From Chloroflexota bacterium (GTDB taxonomy: Bacteria; Chloroflexota; Dehalococcoidia; GIF9; AB-539-J10): DNA of 64,000 nucleotides. The notes beneath the pieces were generated by a model. The model was not told the origin of the DNA, did not search any database, and saw nothing but the letters and a program-made list of their open reading frames with translations. Below, piece by piece: positions 38,984 to 47,995 of this stretch. Position 1 is the stretch's first letter; every line of letters begins with the position of its first letter. A program made the position numbers and the translations under genes. The stretch spans positions 4,446-68,445 of the forward strand of contig DAITOK010000004.1 of assembly GCA_036834125.1 (NCBI GenBank), read 5' to 3'.

Positions 38984-40201
38984 ATGCCGCGCACAAAGCT
39001 GACATTAAGCAAAACTCGAGATAACTTGATTTCACAGAAGGTGGCTACGCTGCCACCTTCGGGGATCAGGAAGTTTTTCGACCTACTTTCTTCTGTGAAA
39101 GACGTCATCTCGCTTAGTATTGGCGAGCCTGATTTCGTCACCCCCTGGCATATCAGGGAATCTGGCATATATTCTCTGGAAAAGGGCTACACCATGTACA
39201 CTTCGAACTCTGGCATGCCTGAACTACGCCAAGAATTAGCCTACTACTTGGAGAATCATTACGGGATAAGCTACAACCCCGAGTATGAAATTCTCATTAC
39301 GACAGGAAGCAGTGAAGCATTAGATCTTGCTCTGAGAGCAATTATCAATCCCGGGGACGAGGTCATAATTCCCAACCCTTGCTATGTGGCTTATCCTGCC
39401 GATGTTATTCTGGCTGGAGGCGTTCCCATCCTGATTCCCACGAATGAAGGAAACAACTTCGTCGTCAAGGCAAACGATATTGAACCTCGAATCACAAAGC
39501 ATACAAAGGCTATTTTGGTAGGTTACCCGGCAAACCCTACAGGCGCGGTCATATCCAAGAAAGAGGCAGAGGCAATTGCCGAGGTAGCTAAAAAATATGA
39601 TTTACTGGTAATATCTGATGAGATATATGCTCGTCTGGTCTACGGAGTAGAACATGTTTGTTTCCCTAGCCTTCCCGGAATGAAGGAGCGCACCATCCTG
39701 ATCAGTGGGTTTTCCAAAGCCCATGCCATGACTGGCTGGCGTATTGGCTATGTGGCAGCCGAGCGGTATCTAATACAAGCCCTGACCAAAATACATCAAT
39801 ATACTATGCTTTGTGCCCCTACAATGGCGCAAATGGCAGCCATCGAAGCCCTCAGAAACGGTGAAGCTGAAGTCGAAAAGATGGTTCAAGAATACAACCG
39901 ACGCCGTCGCATCATGGTCAAAAGATTGAACGAAATCGGCTTACCATGTTTTGAACCCAAGGGGGCTTTCTATGCCTTCCCTTCTATAAAAGCTACTGGA
40001 ATGAATTCAGAGGAATTTGCCGAGAAGCTGCTCTTAGAAGAAAGAGTTGCTGTAGTCCCAGGTACTGCTTTCGGTCCATACGGTGAAGGCTTTGTTCGCT
40101 GCTGTTATGCTACATCGTTATCCAACATCGAAGAGGCTCTGAAAAGAATAGACAGGTTTGTTAGACAGCATAGGCTAATCACAACGCAAGGGGTAAATTA
40201 A
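38984..40201 (+). CDS. PLP-dependent aminotransferase, class I (aspartate/aromatic aminotransferase-like)
   Basis: 405 aa with the Lys motif GFSKAHAMTGWRIGY and the fold-type I pattern. It starts 2 nt after the lrp-like stop. Confidence 0.85.
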   Translation: MPRTKLTLSKTRDNLISQKVATLPPSGIRKFFDLLSSVKDVISLSIGEPDFVTPWHIRESGIYSLEKGYTMYTSNSGMPELRQELAYYLENHYGISYNPEYEILITTGSSEALDLALRAIINPGDEVIIPNPCYVAYPADVILAGGVPILIPTNEGNNFVVKANDIEPRITKHTKAILVGYPANPTGAVISKKEAEAIAEVAKKYDLLVISDEIYARLVYGVEHVCFPSLPGMKERTILISGFSKAHAMTGWRIGYVAAERYLIQALTKIHQYTMLCAPTMAQMAAIEALRNGEAEVEKMVQEYNRRRRIMVKRLNEIGLPCFEPKGAFYAFPSIKATGMNSEEFAEKLLLEERVAVVPGTAFGPYGEGFVRCCYATSLSNIEEALKRIDRFVRQHRLITTQGVN

Positions 40202-40325
40202 AACAAGTTCTAGTTTTGCCTACTATTTCACAAAGATACACTAATGTATCCGTACTTGGATGGCTTCAAGTATGGGACTTTTATAATAAAGACTTTATGT
40301 GAATCCCCCAGGAGGTGAATTAGTT

Positions 40326-41669
40326 ATGGATGGACAGAAAGAAAAGAAGGTGATAAACCGTCTTCAATCAATGTACCCGCTCAGGAATAAAGTAAATGAG
40401 ACATACCTAAAAAGTATTGAAGCTATAAAAGCAGGCAAGCCTGCTGTTTGGGCTATGCTCAACTTCTATTATGGTGACCCAATTCTGAAAGCCATGGATA
40501 TAGAAGTGGTCTATCCTGAGAACTATGGTGCTCTTGCCGCAGCTGTAGGTGTCGCCCAGCAATACCTAGATCGAGCTATTGCTGAGGGTTTTCCTACTCA
40601 TCTTTGCGGCTATAGCCTGACCACCATAGGCTACACGGCTAGGATGATGAAGGATTTGAAAGGGCAAATACCGCCGGAAGCACCCGTTGGGGGAATGCCC
40701 AAGCCACTATTTTTGCTGTCCTCGGCAGCTATATGTGATGCAAGATACAAGTGGTTCCAAGCATTGGGGCGCTATATGGATGTTCCGGTCTGGCCATTAG
40801 AAGCTCCCATCCCCGGCATCAAAGAATTTTCAATTGGGGGCTATTATGAAAGGATGGTGGAGCTGGGAGTAAAGCACCTGAGGGACTTTGTGGCTTTTGT
40901 CGAAAAGATGGTGGGCAGGAAGATGGATTGGGACAAGCTGAACAAAATGGCGAATCTCATGATAGAGATCAATCGCGTTTGGCACGAGATCAACGAACTG
41001 CGTAAAGTAAAGCCATGCCCTATGCACAGCCGAGACTTCTGGAGTGCCATGCCTGCCGCTTTGTTCTTAGCTGGCGACCTTGAGGACTCACTGAAGCTCT
41101 ACCAGAATATGTATCAGGAGGTAAAAGAGAGGGTCAACAGCCATATGGGTGCCATCCCCAATGAGAAATACCGTTTGGTGTTTGCCGAGCTTCCTCCTTG
41201 GCACAGCCTGGGCTTTTTCGACAAACTGGCAGAGAGGGGATGGAATTTCGTCATGGAGAGCTTTGGTTATCATCCGCCCATACCCCTGGATCTCAGTAAG
41301 GTCAGTGACCCTCTTGAGCGCATTACCAGATTCAGTCTCCAATTCCTTGTTGGCTACTACGAGGATGCCCGAAAACACAACGCGATTGGCGGCACCTCTG
41401 CTTATCCTTACCTGAAGTTTGCTAAGGAATGGAGATGCGATGGAGCACTCCTTCATCCCCTCATCAGTTGCCGCAGTGCCTCGACACACCTTCCCTATGT
41501 TTCAAACATGCTCATGGAGAAGCTCAGGGTCCCCTCCTTAACCATAGAAGGTGATATCGTAGATCTTCGCTTGTTTAACCCGGAAGATGCCCTAGCTAAG
41601 GCAGAGCCATTCGAGGAAATCTTGGAACACTATAGAAAGGTCAGAAGACTGGAAGGGTTTGACTGGTGA
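40326..41669 (+). CDS. 2-hydroxyacyl-CoA dehydratase / benzoyl-CoA reductase family subunit (HgdA/BcrB-like)
   Basis: About 447 aa from ATG 40326, which sits 8 nt after AGGAGGTG. The family is recognised by overall similarity and conserved Cys residues. Confidence 0.75.
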   Translation: MDGQKEKKVINRLQSMYPLRNKVNETYLKSIEAIKAGKPAVWAMLNFYYGDPILKAMDIEVVYPENYGALAAAVGVAQQYLDRAIAEGFPTHLCGYSLTTIGYTARMMKDLKGQIPPEAPVGGMPKPLFLLSSAAICDARYKWFQALGRYMDVPVWPLEAPIPGIKEFSIGGYYERMVELGVKHLRDFVAFVEKMVGRKMDWDKLNKMANLMIEINRVWHEINELRKVKPCPMHSRDFWSAMPAALFLAGDLEDSLKLYQNMYQEVKERVNSHMGAIPNEKYRLVFAELPPWHSLGFFDKLAERGWNFVMESFGYHPPIPLDLSKVSDPLERITRFSLQFLVGYYEDARKHNAIGGTSAYPYLKFAKEWRCDGALLHPLISCRSASTHLPYVSNMLMEKLRVPSLTIEGDIVDLRLFNPEDALAKAEPFEEILEHYRKVRRLEGFDW

Positions 41670-41716
41670 TACACTTGGGTTTCAACTGACATTTCAACCG
41701 ACAAGGAGGCGCACAG

Positions 41717-42883
41717 ATGCCAGACAAAACGAAAGGTCTCAAGAAAGCTCGAGAAATTTATTTGAATCGTTCGCAGAGAGTCAGAGAGCTCAAGGCGGCG
41801 GGGAAAAGGATAATAGGCTATCCCTGTGTCTATGTGCCGCTGGAGATGCTCACCGCTCTTGACCTCATTCCCTACCGAACGTGCGGCAACATCAGGGAAC
41901 CCGTCACCGAAGCGGATAAGGCGTTGCCTAGCTCATTTTGCCCTCTCATGCGCACCTGTCTCGATTGTGCTCTGAAAGGCAAAAACGATTTTTTGGATGG
42001 TATGGCAACGATTCACTCCAGCGACCCTCAGGAAAAGACTTCTCGTGTCTGGCAATCTTATACTAACTATTCCTACTACCATTTTATAGACATGCCCATC
42101 ACCGTTCGTCCCGAAGCCCTAGAATACTTCAGAAACCAGCTAAACGATTTCAGAAAGACTCTGGAGGCTTTCACCGGGAAGAAGTTGACCAGAGACAAGC
42201 TCGAGGCAGCTATTAAAGCTCACAATGAACAGCGGACCTTAGTGAGAAAATTGTACGAACTAACGAAGCCATCACTACCATTCATCTCGGGAACAGAAAT
42301 CGTTCAGGTAGTAAAGGCTTTAGAAAGCTTGCCTGTAACTGATGCGAATGACCTTTTAACAGAGGTCATAAGCGAAGTACAAGACCGCACCGATAAACCC
42401 CAGAAAAAGCCAGCACGTCTTCTGATATGGAGTAGTACTCTTGATGATGCCGACATCATGCAAGTATTTGAGGCTAAGGCTAATGTGGTGATGAACGAAA
42501 GCTGTGGCGGTATTAGAGCTTATAGAGGTATGGTGAAATTGACCGCTGACCCATTGGAGGGGCTTGCCAACTACTATCTCAACGAAATCACCTGCGCCCG
42601 CACGTTCAGGCAGGCTACTCTCGGTGAAACCAAAAAAGACTACATTCGAGACCTCCAGAGTCGTTTTGGCTATTTCAAAGGTATCATCCAAGATTGGAAA
42701 ATCAATGGTGTCATAATGCTGCTTGTTAGATATTGTGACCCGTTTGCCTTTGAAATGCCATCGCTAAAAGATTACTTGGACAGCATTGGTGTCCCCAGCA
42801 CATATATAGAATATGACTATTCCCTAGGAACCCTAGCCCCATTAAGGATCAGGGTCGAAGCTTTCCTTGAGACGCTGAGTTAA
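41717..42883 (+). CDS. 2-hydroxyacyl-CoA dehydratase / benzoyl-CoA reductase family subunit (HgdB/BcrC-like)
   Basis: 388 aa with GYPCVYVPLEMLTALDLIP and multiple conserved Cys residues, typical of the D-component family. Confidence 0.75.
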   Translation: MPDKTKGLKKAREIYLNRSQRVRELKAAGKRIIGYPCVYVPLEMLTALDLIPYRTCGNIREPVTEADKALPSSFCPLMRTCLDCALKGKNDFLDGMATIHSSDPQEKTSRVWQSYTNYSYYHFIDMPITVRPEALEYFRNQLNDFRKTLEAFTGKKLTRDKLEAAIKAHNEQRTLVRKLYELTKPSLPFISGTEIVQVVKALESLPVTDANDLLTEVISEVQDRTDKPQKKPARLLIWSSTLDDADIMQVFEAKANVVMNESCGGIRAYRGMVKLTADPLEGLANYYLNEITCARTFRQATLGETKKDYIRDLQSRFGYFKGIIQDWKINGVIMLLVRYCDPFAFEMPSLKDYLDSIGVPSTYIEYDYSLGTLAPLRIRVEAFLETLS

Positions 42884-42906
42884 CAGTAGTCCGCGAGGAG
42901 GCTTAC

Positions 42907-43749
42907 TTGTATTTCGCTGGTGTTGATATAGGCTCAACCATGACCAAGGTTGTGCTCATAGACAAGAGCAACAACTTACTTGCAACCATCAAAGGTCCCA
43001 CCGGTCCCGAGTATCGCCAACTTGCCAACGAAGTCATGTGGCAGGCGCTTAAGCAAGCGAAGTTACGGATTGAAGATATCTCTTACATTGTAGCTACAGG
43101 CTATGGACGGCTCAATGTACCTTTCGCGGACTGCCAGATAACAGAGCTTTCTTGTCATGCCAAAGGCGTGTCCAGTCTTTTTCCCAACGTCAGGACGGCA
43201 ATTGATATAGGCGGCCAAGATGCTAAGTGCATGAAAATTGACAAAGGCAAACTCGTCAGCTTCGTCATGAACGATAAGTGTGCTGCTGGCACCGGCAGAT
43301 TTCTTGAGGTGACAGCATCTGCGCTAGACATCCGATTAGAAGACATGGGAGATATTTCCTTAAATGCCACCAAGAAAATCCACATAAGCAACTTATGCAC
43401 TGTCTTCGCCCAGCAAGAAGTAGTGAGCCTCCTTTCTCGCGGAGAAAAGCTGGAAAACATTCTAGCTGGACTGCACGATGCCTTGGCTAGCCGCGTAGCC
43501 ACACTGGCACGGCGGCTTAATATAGAGCCTGATGTAGTACTCACCGGTGGCGTGGCTAAGAATACAGGCATGGTCAGGGCAATGAAAGAAAGCTTGGGGT
43601 ACGAAATCCTTGTTCCAGACGAACCGCTCATCACCGGCGCACTTGGTGCTGCCATCCGGGCAAAGGAAATCTATATGAATGCCATGGCGGTGGGAGAGAT
43701 GCTGCCTAAAAAGACGCGACGGCTGGAAAAAGCTACCTTCTTCTGTTAG
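42907..43749 (+). CDS. acyl-CoA dehydratase activase / BadF-BadG-BcrA-BcrD family ATPase, copy 1
   Basis: 280-aa ASKHA fold with GVDIGSTMTKVV at the N-terminus and a CAAGTGRF cluster-helix motif. Confidence 0.85.
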   Translation: MYFAGVDIGSTMTKVVLIDKSNNLLATIKGPTGPEYRQLANEVMWQALKQAKLRIEDISYIVATGYGRLNVPFADCQITELSCHAKGVSSLFPNVRTAIDIGGQDAKCMKIDKGKLVSFVMNDKCAAGTGRFLEVTASALDIRLEDMGDISLNATKKIHISNLCTVFAQQEVVSLLSRGEKLENILAGLHDALASRVATLARRLNIEPDVVLTGGVAKNTGMVRAMKESLGYEILVPDEPLITGALGAAIRAKEIYMNAMAVGEMLPKKTRRLEKATFFC

Positions 43750-43757
43750 GAGCAACC

Positions 43758-44561
43758 ATGACCTGGGCTATGGGTATTGATATTGGCTCGGCATATAGCA
43801 AAGGTGTCATAATCAAAAATTTTGAGTTTGTAGCTTCATATATAGTCATATCGGGAGCCAATTATCGAGCATCTGCCGATACTATAAGGACAGAGTTATT
43901 AAGAAAGGCAAACCTTATCCAAAAAGACCTAGCCAATATTGTAGCTACTGGCTGCGGTGCTGATAATGTCTATTTTGCTAGCCAAAAGGCAAGCGACATA
44001 GTTTGCACTGCACGGGGCATAAACAATGTGTTTCCACAAGTCAGAACTGTGATTGATGTAGCCAGTCAATCCACTAGAGTAATACGGCTGAACGGAGAAG
44101 GAATTGTAACTAACTTTACCGTGAGCGAGAAATGCGCTGCTGGTGGTGGACGTTTTATTGAAGTTATCGCCAACGTCTTGAGGGTAAGTGTGAATGACTT
44201 CAGTTCGCTGGCAGCCAAATCGAAAAACCCTATTACGTTTGGTACGGGCTGTGCTGTCTTCGGCGAATCTGAGGCTATTACTAGGATAAGTGAGGGCACA
44301 TCCAAAGAAGATATTGCTGCCGGTGCTAACAAGGCTCTGGCAAGCAAGATCTCTGCTTTGGTCAAGAAGACTAAGCTAGAGGAGCCCTATGCCATCTGTG
44401 GCGGCGGCGCTCTCAACAACACTCTCATCAAAGCTATAGAGGACGAATTGAACACGAAGCTATTAACACCACCACATCCCCAATTTATTACTGCCCTTGG
44501 CGCTGCCATAATCGCCGCAACATCAGCCATACCCGAACTCAGCAAAGAAACGCAGAGCTAA
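43758..44561 (+). CDS. BadF-BadG-BcrA-BcrD family ATPase, copy 2
   Basis: 267 aa with GIDIGSAYSKGV at the N-terminus and CAAGGGRF. It is a paralog of the preceding gene and sits 8 nt downstream of it. Confidence 0.8.
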   Translation: MTWAMGIDIGSAYSKGVIIKNFEFVASYIVISGANYRASADTIRTELLRKANLIQKDLANIVATGCGADNVYFASQKASDIVCTARGINNVFPQVRTVIDVASQSTRVIRLNGEGIVTNFTVSEKCAAGGGRFIEVIANVLRVSVNDFSSLAAKSKNPITFGTGCAVFGESEAITRISEGTSKEDIAAGANKALASKISALVKKTKLEEPYAICGGGALNNTLIKAIEDELNTKLLTPPHPQFITALGAAIIAATSAIPELSKETQS

Positions 44562-44611
44562 TATTGTCGTTGGACTAAAACACTCAAGCAAATAGGAAAT
44601 ATTTATCAGAC

Positions 44612-44640
44612 TTGACAAGAACCTAGAACAGCGTATAATA
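44612..44640 (+). promoter_or_regulatory. perfect sigma70-consensus promoter
   Basis: TTGACA (44612-44617), an exact 17-nt spacer, and TATAAT (44635-44640), about 70 nt upstream of the 44714 start. Confidence 0.6.
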
Positions 44641-44713
44641 TTTTATCTTGGTTGACTTGTTCGCAGGTAACTGACCTGTGACAGCAAAAAGAAGTTTACC
44701 AAAGCTGGAGGGC

Positions 44714-45271
44714 ATGAGGGTAGTAATCACAAGCCTTATCGCGGTCATTATAATAGCCTTAGTCTCGTTTCTGCCAGCTTTCGCCCAGGAGAGGGGCACA
44801 ATCACTATCACCATGACTGGGGTAAGTGAAATTTCCATCACTCTGGATAAAACGGAATGGGCTTTGGGGAACGTAACTCCAAACACTGAATATAAGACAA
44901 GTCCGCCGGTAGAATGGTGCACTTTGACGGTACAGGGCAATTGTAAGGTGAACACATATATTGAGGGGGAAGATGCAACATGGATAGCTAATCCCAGCGA
45001 ATATAGGTGGACATTGAGCAATGATGGTAGTAATGGGGAACATATATATGGATTATGGTTTCGCATATCGCGTGATGCTATGCGAGGACCAAGAGGGGAC
45101 GGCTATGTTCCTATCAACAAAACACAAAGTGAATTCTGGCCGTATGCAGGAGGGTCACCTCTCGCTCCCAATGCCACCAAGAAATTTGGGCTAGCATTGC
45201 TGACCCCCACCCGCTTCTACAGCGGCAGGCAGATGCAAACCCGCATCATCATAAGCGCTGTGGCTGCCTGA
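44714..45271 (+). CDS. secreted hypothetical protein (N-terminal signal peptide)
   Basis: The start at MRVVITSLIAVIIIALVSFLPAFAQE fits a signal peptide with an AFA-QE cleavage site. It has no known domain and is Asn/Thr/Gly-rich. Confidence 0.5.
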   Translation: MRVVITSLIAVIIIALVSFLPAFAQERGTITITMTGVSEISITLDKTEWALGNVTPNTEYKTSPPVEWCTLTVQGNCKVNTYIEGEDATWIANPSEYRWTLSNDGSNGEHIYGLWFRISRDAMRGPRGDGYVPINKTQSEFWPYAGGSPLAPNATKKFGLALLTPTRFYSGRQMQTRIIISAVAA

Positions 45272-45831
45272 TGATAGGTTATATCAAGTCAGCTGGGCTC
45301 CTGGCTGTTCTATTGTTTGTCTCTTTTCCAACGTTTAGTCTGGCTCAAAGCGTTAACTTCAGCGTTTTCCCCACTGAGGTAAGTATCAGTAACTTGGCTA
45401 CAGGCGAAGCTGCACAATTTCAGCTGACCATTCATAATAAGGAATTGGCAACTCACAATTTCACTCTTACTACTTTTCAGCCGTCAGAAGCTCAAAGAAG
45501 ACAGGATATGGGCGAATTTCCCGATGCTAATTGGATAAGCTTCTCCCCTACTAAAATCCAGGTGCCTACCCAGTCCCAAGCCAATGTAACGGTAACACTC
45601 GCTGTCCCGCGAGAGAAAAAATGGGCAGACAAAAACTGGGAAATATGGCTGGGAGTCGCCCCCGAATCCATTGACCTGGTGGGGGTAAAGTTTTATGTTC
45701 GTCTGCTGGTATCTACAAAGCCTGAAGGCAGAGGCGAATTCATGATAAGACTGTTCATTGCGATTGCCATAACCATAGTACTTCTTAGCTATGGCGTCTA
45801 TTATTTCACCCACAAAGTCAAGCCCAAATAG
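45271..45831 (+). CDS. hypothetical surface protein: signal peptide plus C-terminal TM anchor with basic tail
   Basis: 186 aa. The N-terminus LLAVLLFVSFPTFSLAQS is a signal peptide. The C-terminus IRLFIAIAITIVLLSYGVYYFTHKVKPK is a TM helix with a KVKPK tail. Its start overlaps the previous stop (ATGA). Confidence 0.5.
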   Translation: MIGYIKSAGLLAVLLFVSFPTFSLAQSVNFSVFPTEVSISNLATGEAAQFQLTIHNKELATHNFTLTTFQPSEAQRRQDMGEFPDANWISFSPTKIQVPTQSQANVTVTLAVPREKKWADKNWEIWLGVAPESIDLVGVKFYVRLLVSTKPEGRGEFMIRLFIAIAITIVLLSYGVYYFTHKVKPK

Positions 45832-45890
45832 CCATTAAGCCCCAACGTAAGTCCAAAGTCATAAATATCCTTTCTCTCCGAGTGTCATAG

Positions 45891-45933
45891 TACTAAATTC
45901 TGGTGCAAAACAGTACTGACAGGTGATTCCTAC
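45891..45933 (+). repeat. conserved ~45-nt motif with palindrome CAGTACTG, copy 1 (upstream of ECF sigma gene)
   Basis: tactaaattctggtgcaaaacagtactgacaggtgattcc. It matches the reverse complement of 47686-47740. Both copies are in the same orientation relative to their downstream gene. Confidence 0.65.
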
Positions 45934-45993
45934 ATGATCGATTAGCTGATATGCTGAAAACGTAGATAGTACAACCGCATAGACAGGGGCGAC

Positions 45994-46593
45994 ATGAAAG
46001 TAGCTGAACATACGTTGCGAGGTTATGAAACTCAACTAATCAAAAGATTGCGCGCGGGTGATAACGCAGCCAAAGAGGAATTTTATAACCTTTACAGGAA
46101 CAGGATTTATTTTCTGGTATCAGAGCAAGTAGGACGAAACCATGCCGTAACTGAAGACTTGGTTCAAGAAGTATTTGTTGCTGCCTTGAGTTCACTACAC
46201 AAATTCCGTGGTGACAGCCAGCTTTACACTTGGCTACGCAGTATCGCACTTCACAAAATAAACGATTATCATCGTCACCAAGCGCGAGAGCCTCAATGCA
46301 AGAAATCGCCCCCTGATTTTAGTAGCGTACAACTAGAACGAGTCTCGGACGACGAACCTGCAACCTATACTGAGATGGAGTCCGAAGAACTTCGCCAGTC
46401 AGTTAACCAAGCCTTGGCAAGTTTGCCTCAAGATTATCAAGAAGTTTTAGTGTTAAAATACCTCAAAGGTATGCCCGTGTTAGCCATAAGTCAAGTTATG
46501 GGCCGCTCACCAAAGTCAGTCGAGGGATTACTGGCACGAGCCCGGAAGGCTATGAAAGACAACTGGGAAGAGAACAATCACGACGAACTGTAA
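45994..46593 (+). CDS. ECF-type RNA polymerase sigma-70 factor (sigma-24 family)
   Basis: 199 aa with region 2 (YNLYRNRIYFLV...DLVQEVFV) and region 4 (VLVLKYLKGMPVLAISQVMGRSPKSVEGLLARARK). Confidence 0.85.
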   Translation: MKVAEHTLRGYETQLIKRLRAGDNAAKEEFYNLYRNRIYFLVSEQVGRNHAVTEDLVQEVFVAALSSLHKFRGDSQLYTWLRSIALHKINDYHRHQAREPQCKKSPPDFSSVQLERVSDDEPATYTEMESEELRQSVNQALASLPQDYQEVLVLKYLKGMPVLAISQVMGRSPKSVEGLLARARKAMKDNWEENNHDEL

Positions 46594-46636
46594 ATTTCAG
46601 CCTACACCAGCACAGGTAGAAAAACTAGGACGACAA

Positions 46637-47653
46637 CTAAGACACAATCTTCTTTACTGCCTGGAAAGCATTAACCAAACCATGCCCAACGCCTGATGTT
46701 GCCATAGGAGTGCAACTATTTTCAATTGCCCAGCGTACTTCGTCATTGAGCAAGCCATTGCCGTTACTATCTTCAGCAACGCTGAAAACCAAGGCAGCTA
46801 CTCCCGAGATGTGAGCTGCAGCTGCTGAGGTGCCGGTCTTGTACCCATATTGGTTGTCAGGCAATTCAGAATAGATATTAAAACCGGGGGCAGCTACATC
46901 TACCCAATCGCCATAGCTGGATAACAAAGCTAATGAATCATCTGCGTTGGTGCCTGCCACGGCAACACAATTAGCATAATAAGCTGGATAAGAAGGCAAC
47001 GACTTCCCCTTGTTGCCTGCTGCAGCTATAAGTATAGCTCCCCGGCTCCACGCGTAGTTGACTGCTTTCTGCAGTTCCAGCGACTCTGTCATGGATAAAC
47101 TCAAGTTTATAATCTTAGCTCCGCGGTCCACCGCCCAAATGATGCCCTTGGCGACTGCCGATGGTTCACACCTTCCGTCATCGTCAGCTACCTTCACGTT
47201 CATTAGCCGACATTCCGGAGCTACAGCAACAATAGTACCTGCCATGTGAGTTCCGTGCCCGTACAGGTCGTCGCTGGTGGGACTGTTGCTAAAATTAACT
47301 TCTACTACCACTCTATCAGCCAAATCTGGATTGCCTTTATCAATACCAGTATCCAACACAGCCACTACAATAGACTTGTCTCCCGTGGTTATCTGCCAGG
47401 CTTTCGTCACCTCTATCTTCTTTATCCCCCATCGCTTACTTAAATAACTATCATCCACAGAATACGTTGTCTTCGGAGAAGAGTTATAACTTGAGGAATC
47501 GCTATTGTTCACTTGCGATTCATAGTAGACTGGCACATAGCTATAAGCGGACGCGCTTTCCGTCGGAAATAAGACATCGTACACCATGCCGCCCACGAGT
47601 ATCACCTCAACCAAAGTAAGAGCTATAGCTAGACGATATTTTAGGTCCTTCAT
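46637..47653 (-). CDS. S8-family subtilisin-like serine peptidase with N-terminal membrane anchor
   Basis: The catalytic triad context is VAVLDTGID, HGTHMAG and GTSAAAAHISG. After MKDLKYR the protein has a hydrophobic N-terminal segment LAIALTLVEVILVGGMV. The start is ambiguous among 47653, 47662 and 47695. Confidence 0.8.
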   Translation of the reverse strand: MKDLKYRLAIALTLVEVILVGGMVYDVLFPTESASAYSYVPVYYESQVNNSDSSSYNSSPKTTYSVDDSYLSKRWGIKKIEVTKAWQITTGDKSIVVAVLDTGIDKGNPDLADRVVVEVNFSNSPTSDDLYGHGTHMAGTIVAVAPECRLMNVKVADDDGRCEPSAVAKGIIWAVDRGAKIINLSLSMTESLELQKAVNYAWSRGAILIAAAGNKGKSLPSYPAYYANCVAVAGTNADDSLALLSSYGDWVDVAAPGFNIYSELPDNQYGYKTGTSAAAAHISGVAALVFSVAEDSNGNGLLNDEVRWAIENSCTPMATSGVGHGLVNAFQAVKKIVS

Positions 47654-47685
47654 ATATATCATATATAACCAACTGCGAAAGCCGA

Positions 47686-47740
47686 TAGAAATCACCTATC
47701 GGTACCGTTTCAGTACTGTTTTGCTTAGAATTTAGTAATA
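47686..47740 (-). repeat. conserved motif with palindrome CAGTACTG, copy 2 (upstream of the subtilisin gene)
   Basis: The plus strand reads atcacctatcggtaccgtttcagtactgttttgcttagaatttagtaata. Its reverse complement matches copy 1 (tactaaattct..gcaaaacagtactga..aggtgatt). Confidence 0.65.
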
Positions 47741-47965
47741 TGACCTTTCACCTAGGACTCGCGGGCTAGGAATCACGTTCCTGCGTAGCACTGCGTATAG
47801 AACCTATGTTCCAGGTGAGGAGAGCAGCGACTGCTTTGAATTTGTCGTTGGTCATTCAGCGCATCGTTAAGTGCGACAGCCGCCTGAAAACAATGGAACT
47901 TGTAAGGGAAGAGATACTGGAGGAAGTGTTGCCTGAGGCCAGAACTTGGCTTCAGTGGTTACTGA

Positions 47966-47995
47966 TTGACATATAAGACAAAAGTTTGCTATAAT
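47966..47995 (+). promoter_or_regulatory. sigma70-consensus promoter upstream of the large surface esterase gene
   Basis: TTGACA (47966-47971), an 18-nt spacer, and TATAAT (47990-47995). This leaves a leader of about 270 nt before ATG 48269. Confidence 0.5.

Noticed and set aside
45891-47740. Interpretation of the inverted motif pair as terminal inverted repeats of an insertion sequence.
   Set aside because: No transposase or recombinase lies between or beside the repeats, and no target-site duplication is evident. A shared promoter/operator motif explains the same observation more simply. Inversion is retained only as an alternative to test.
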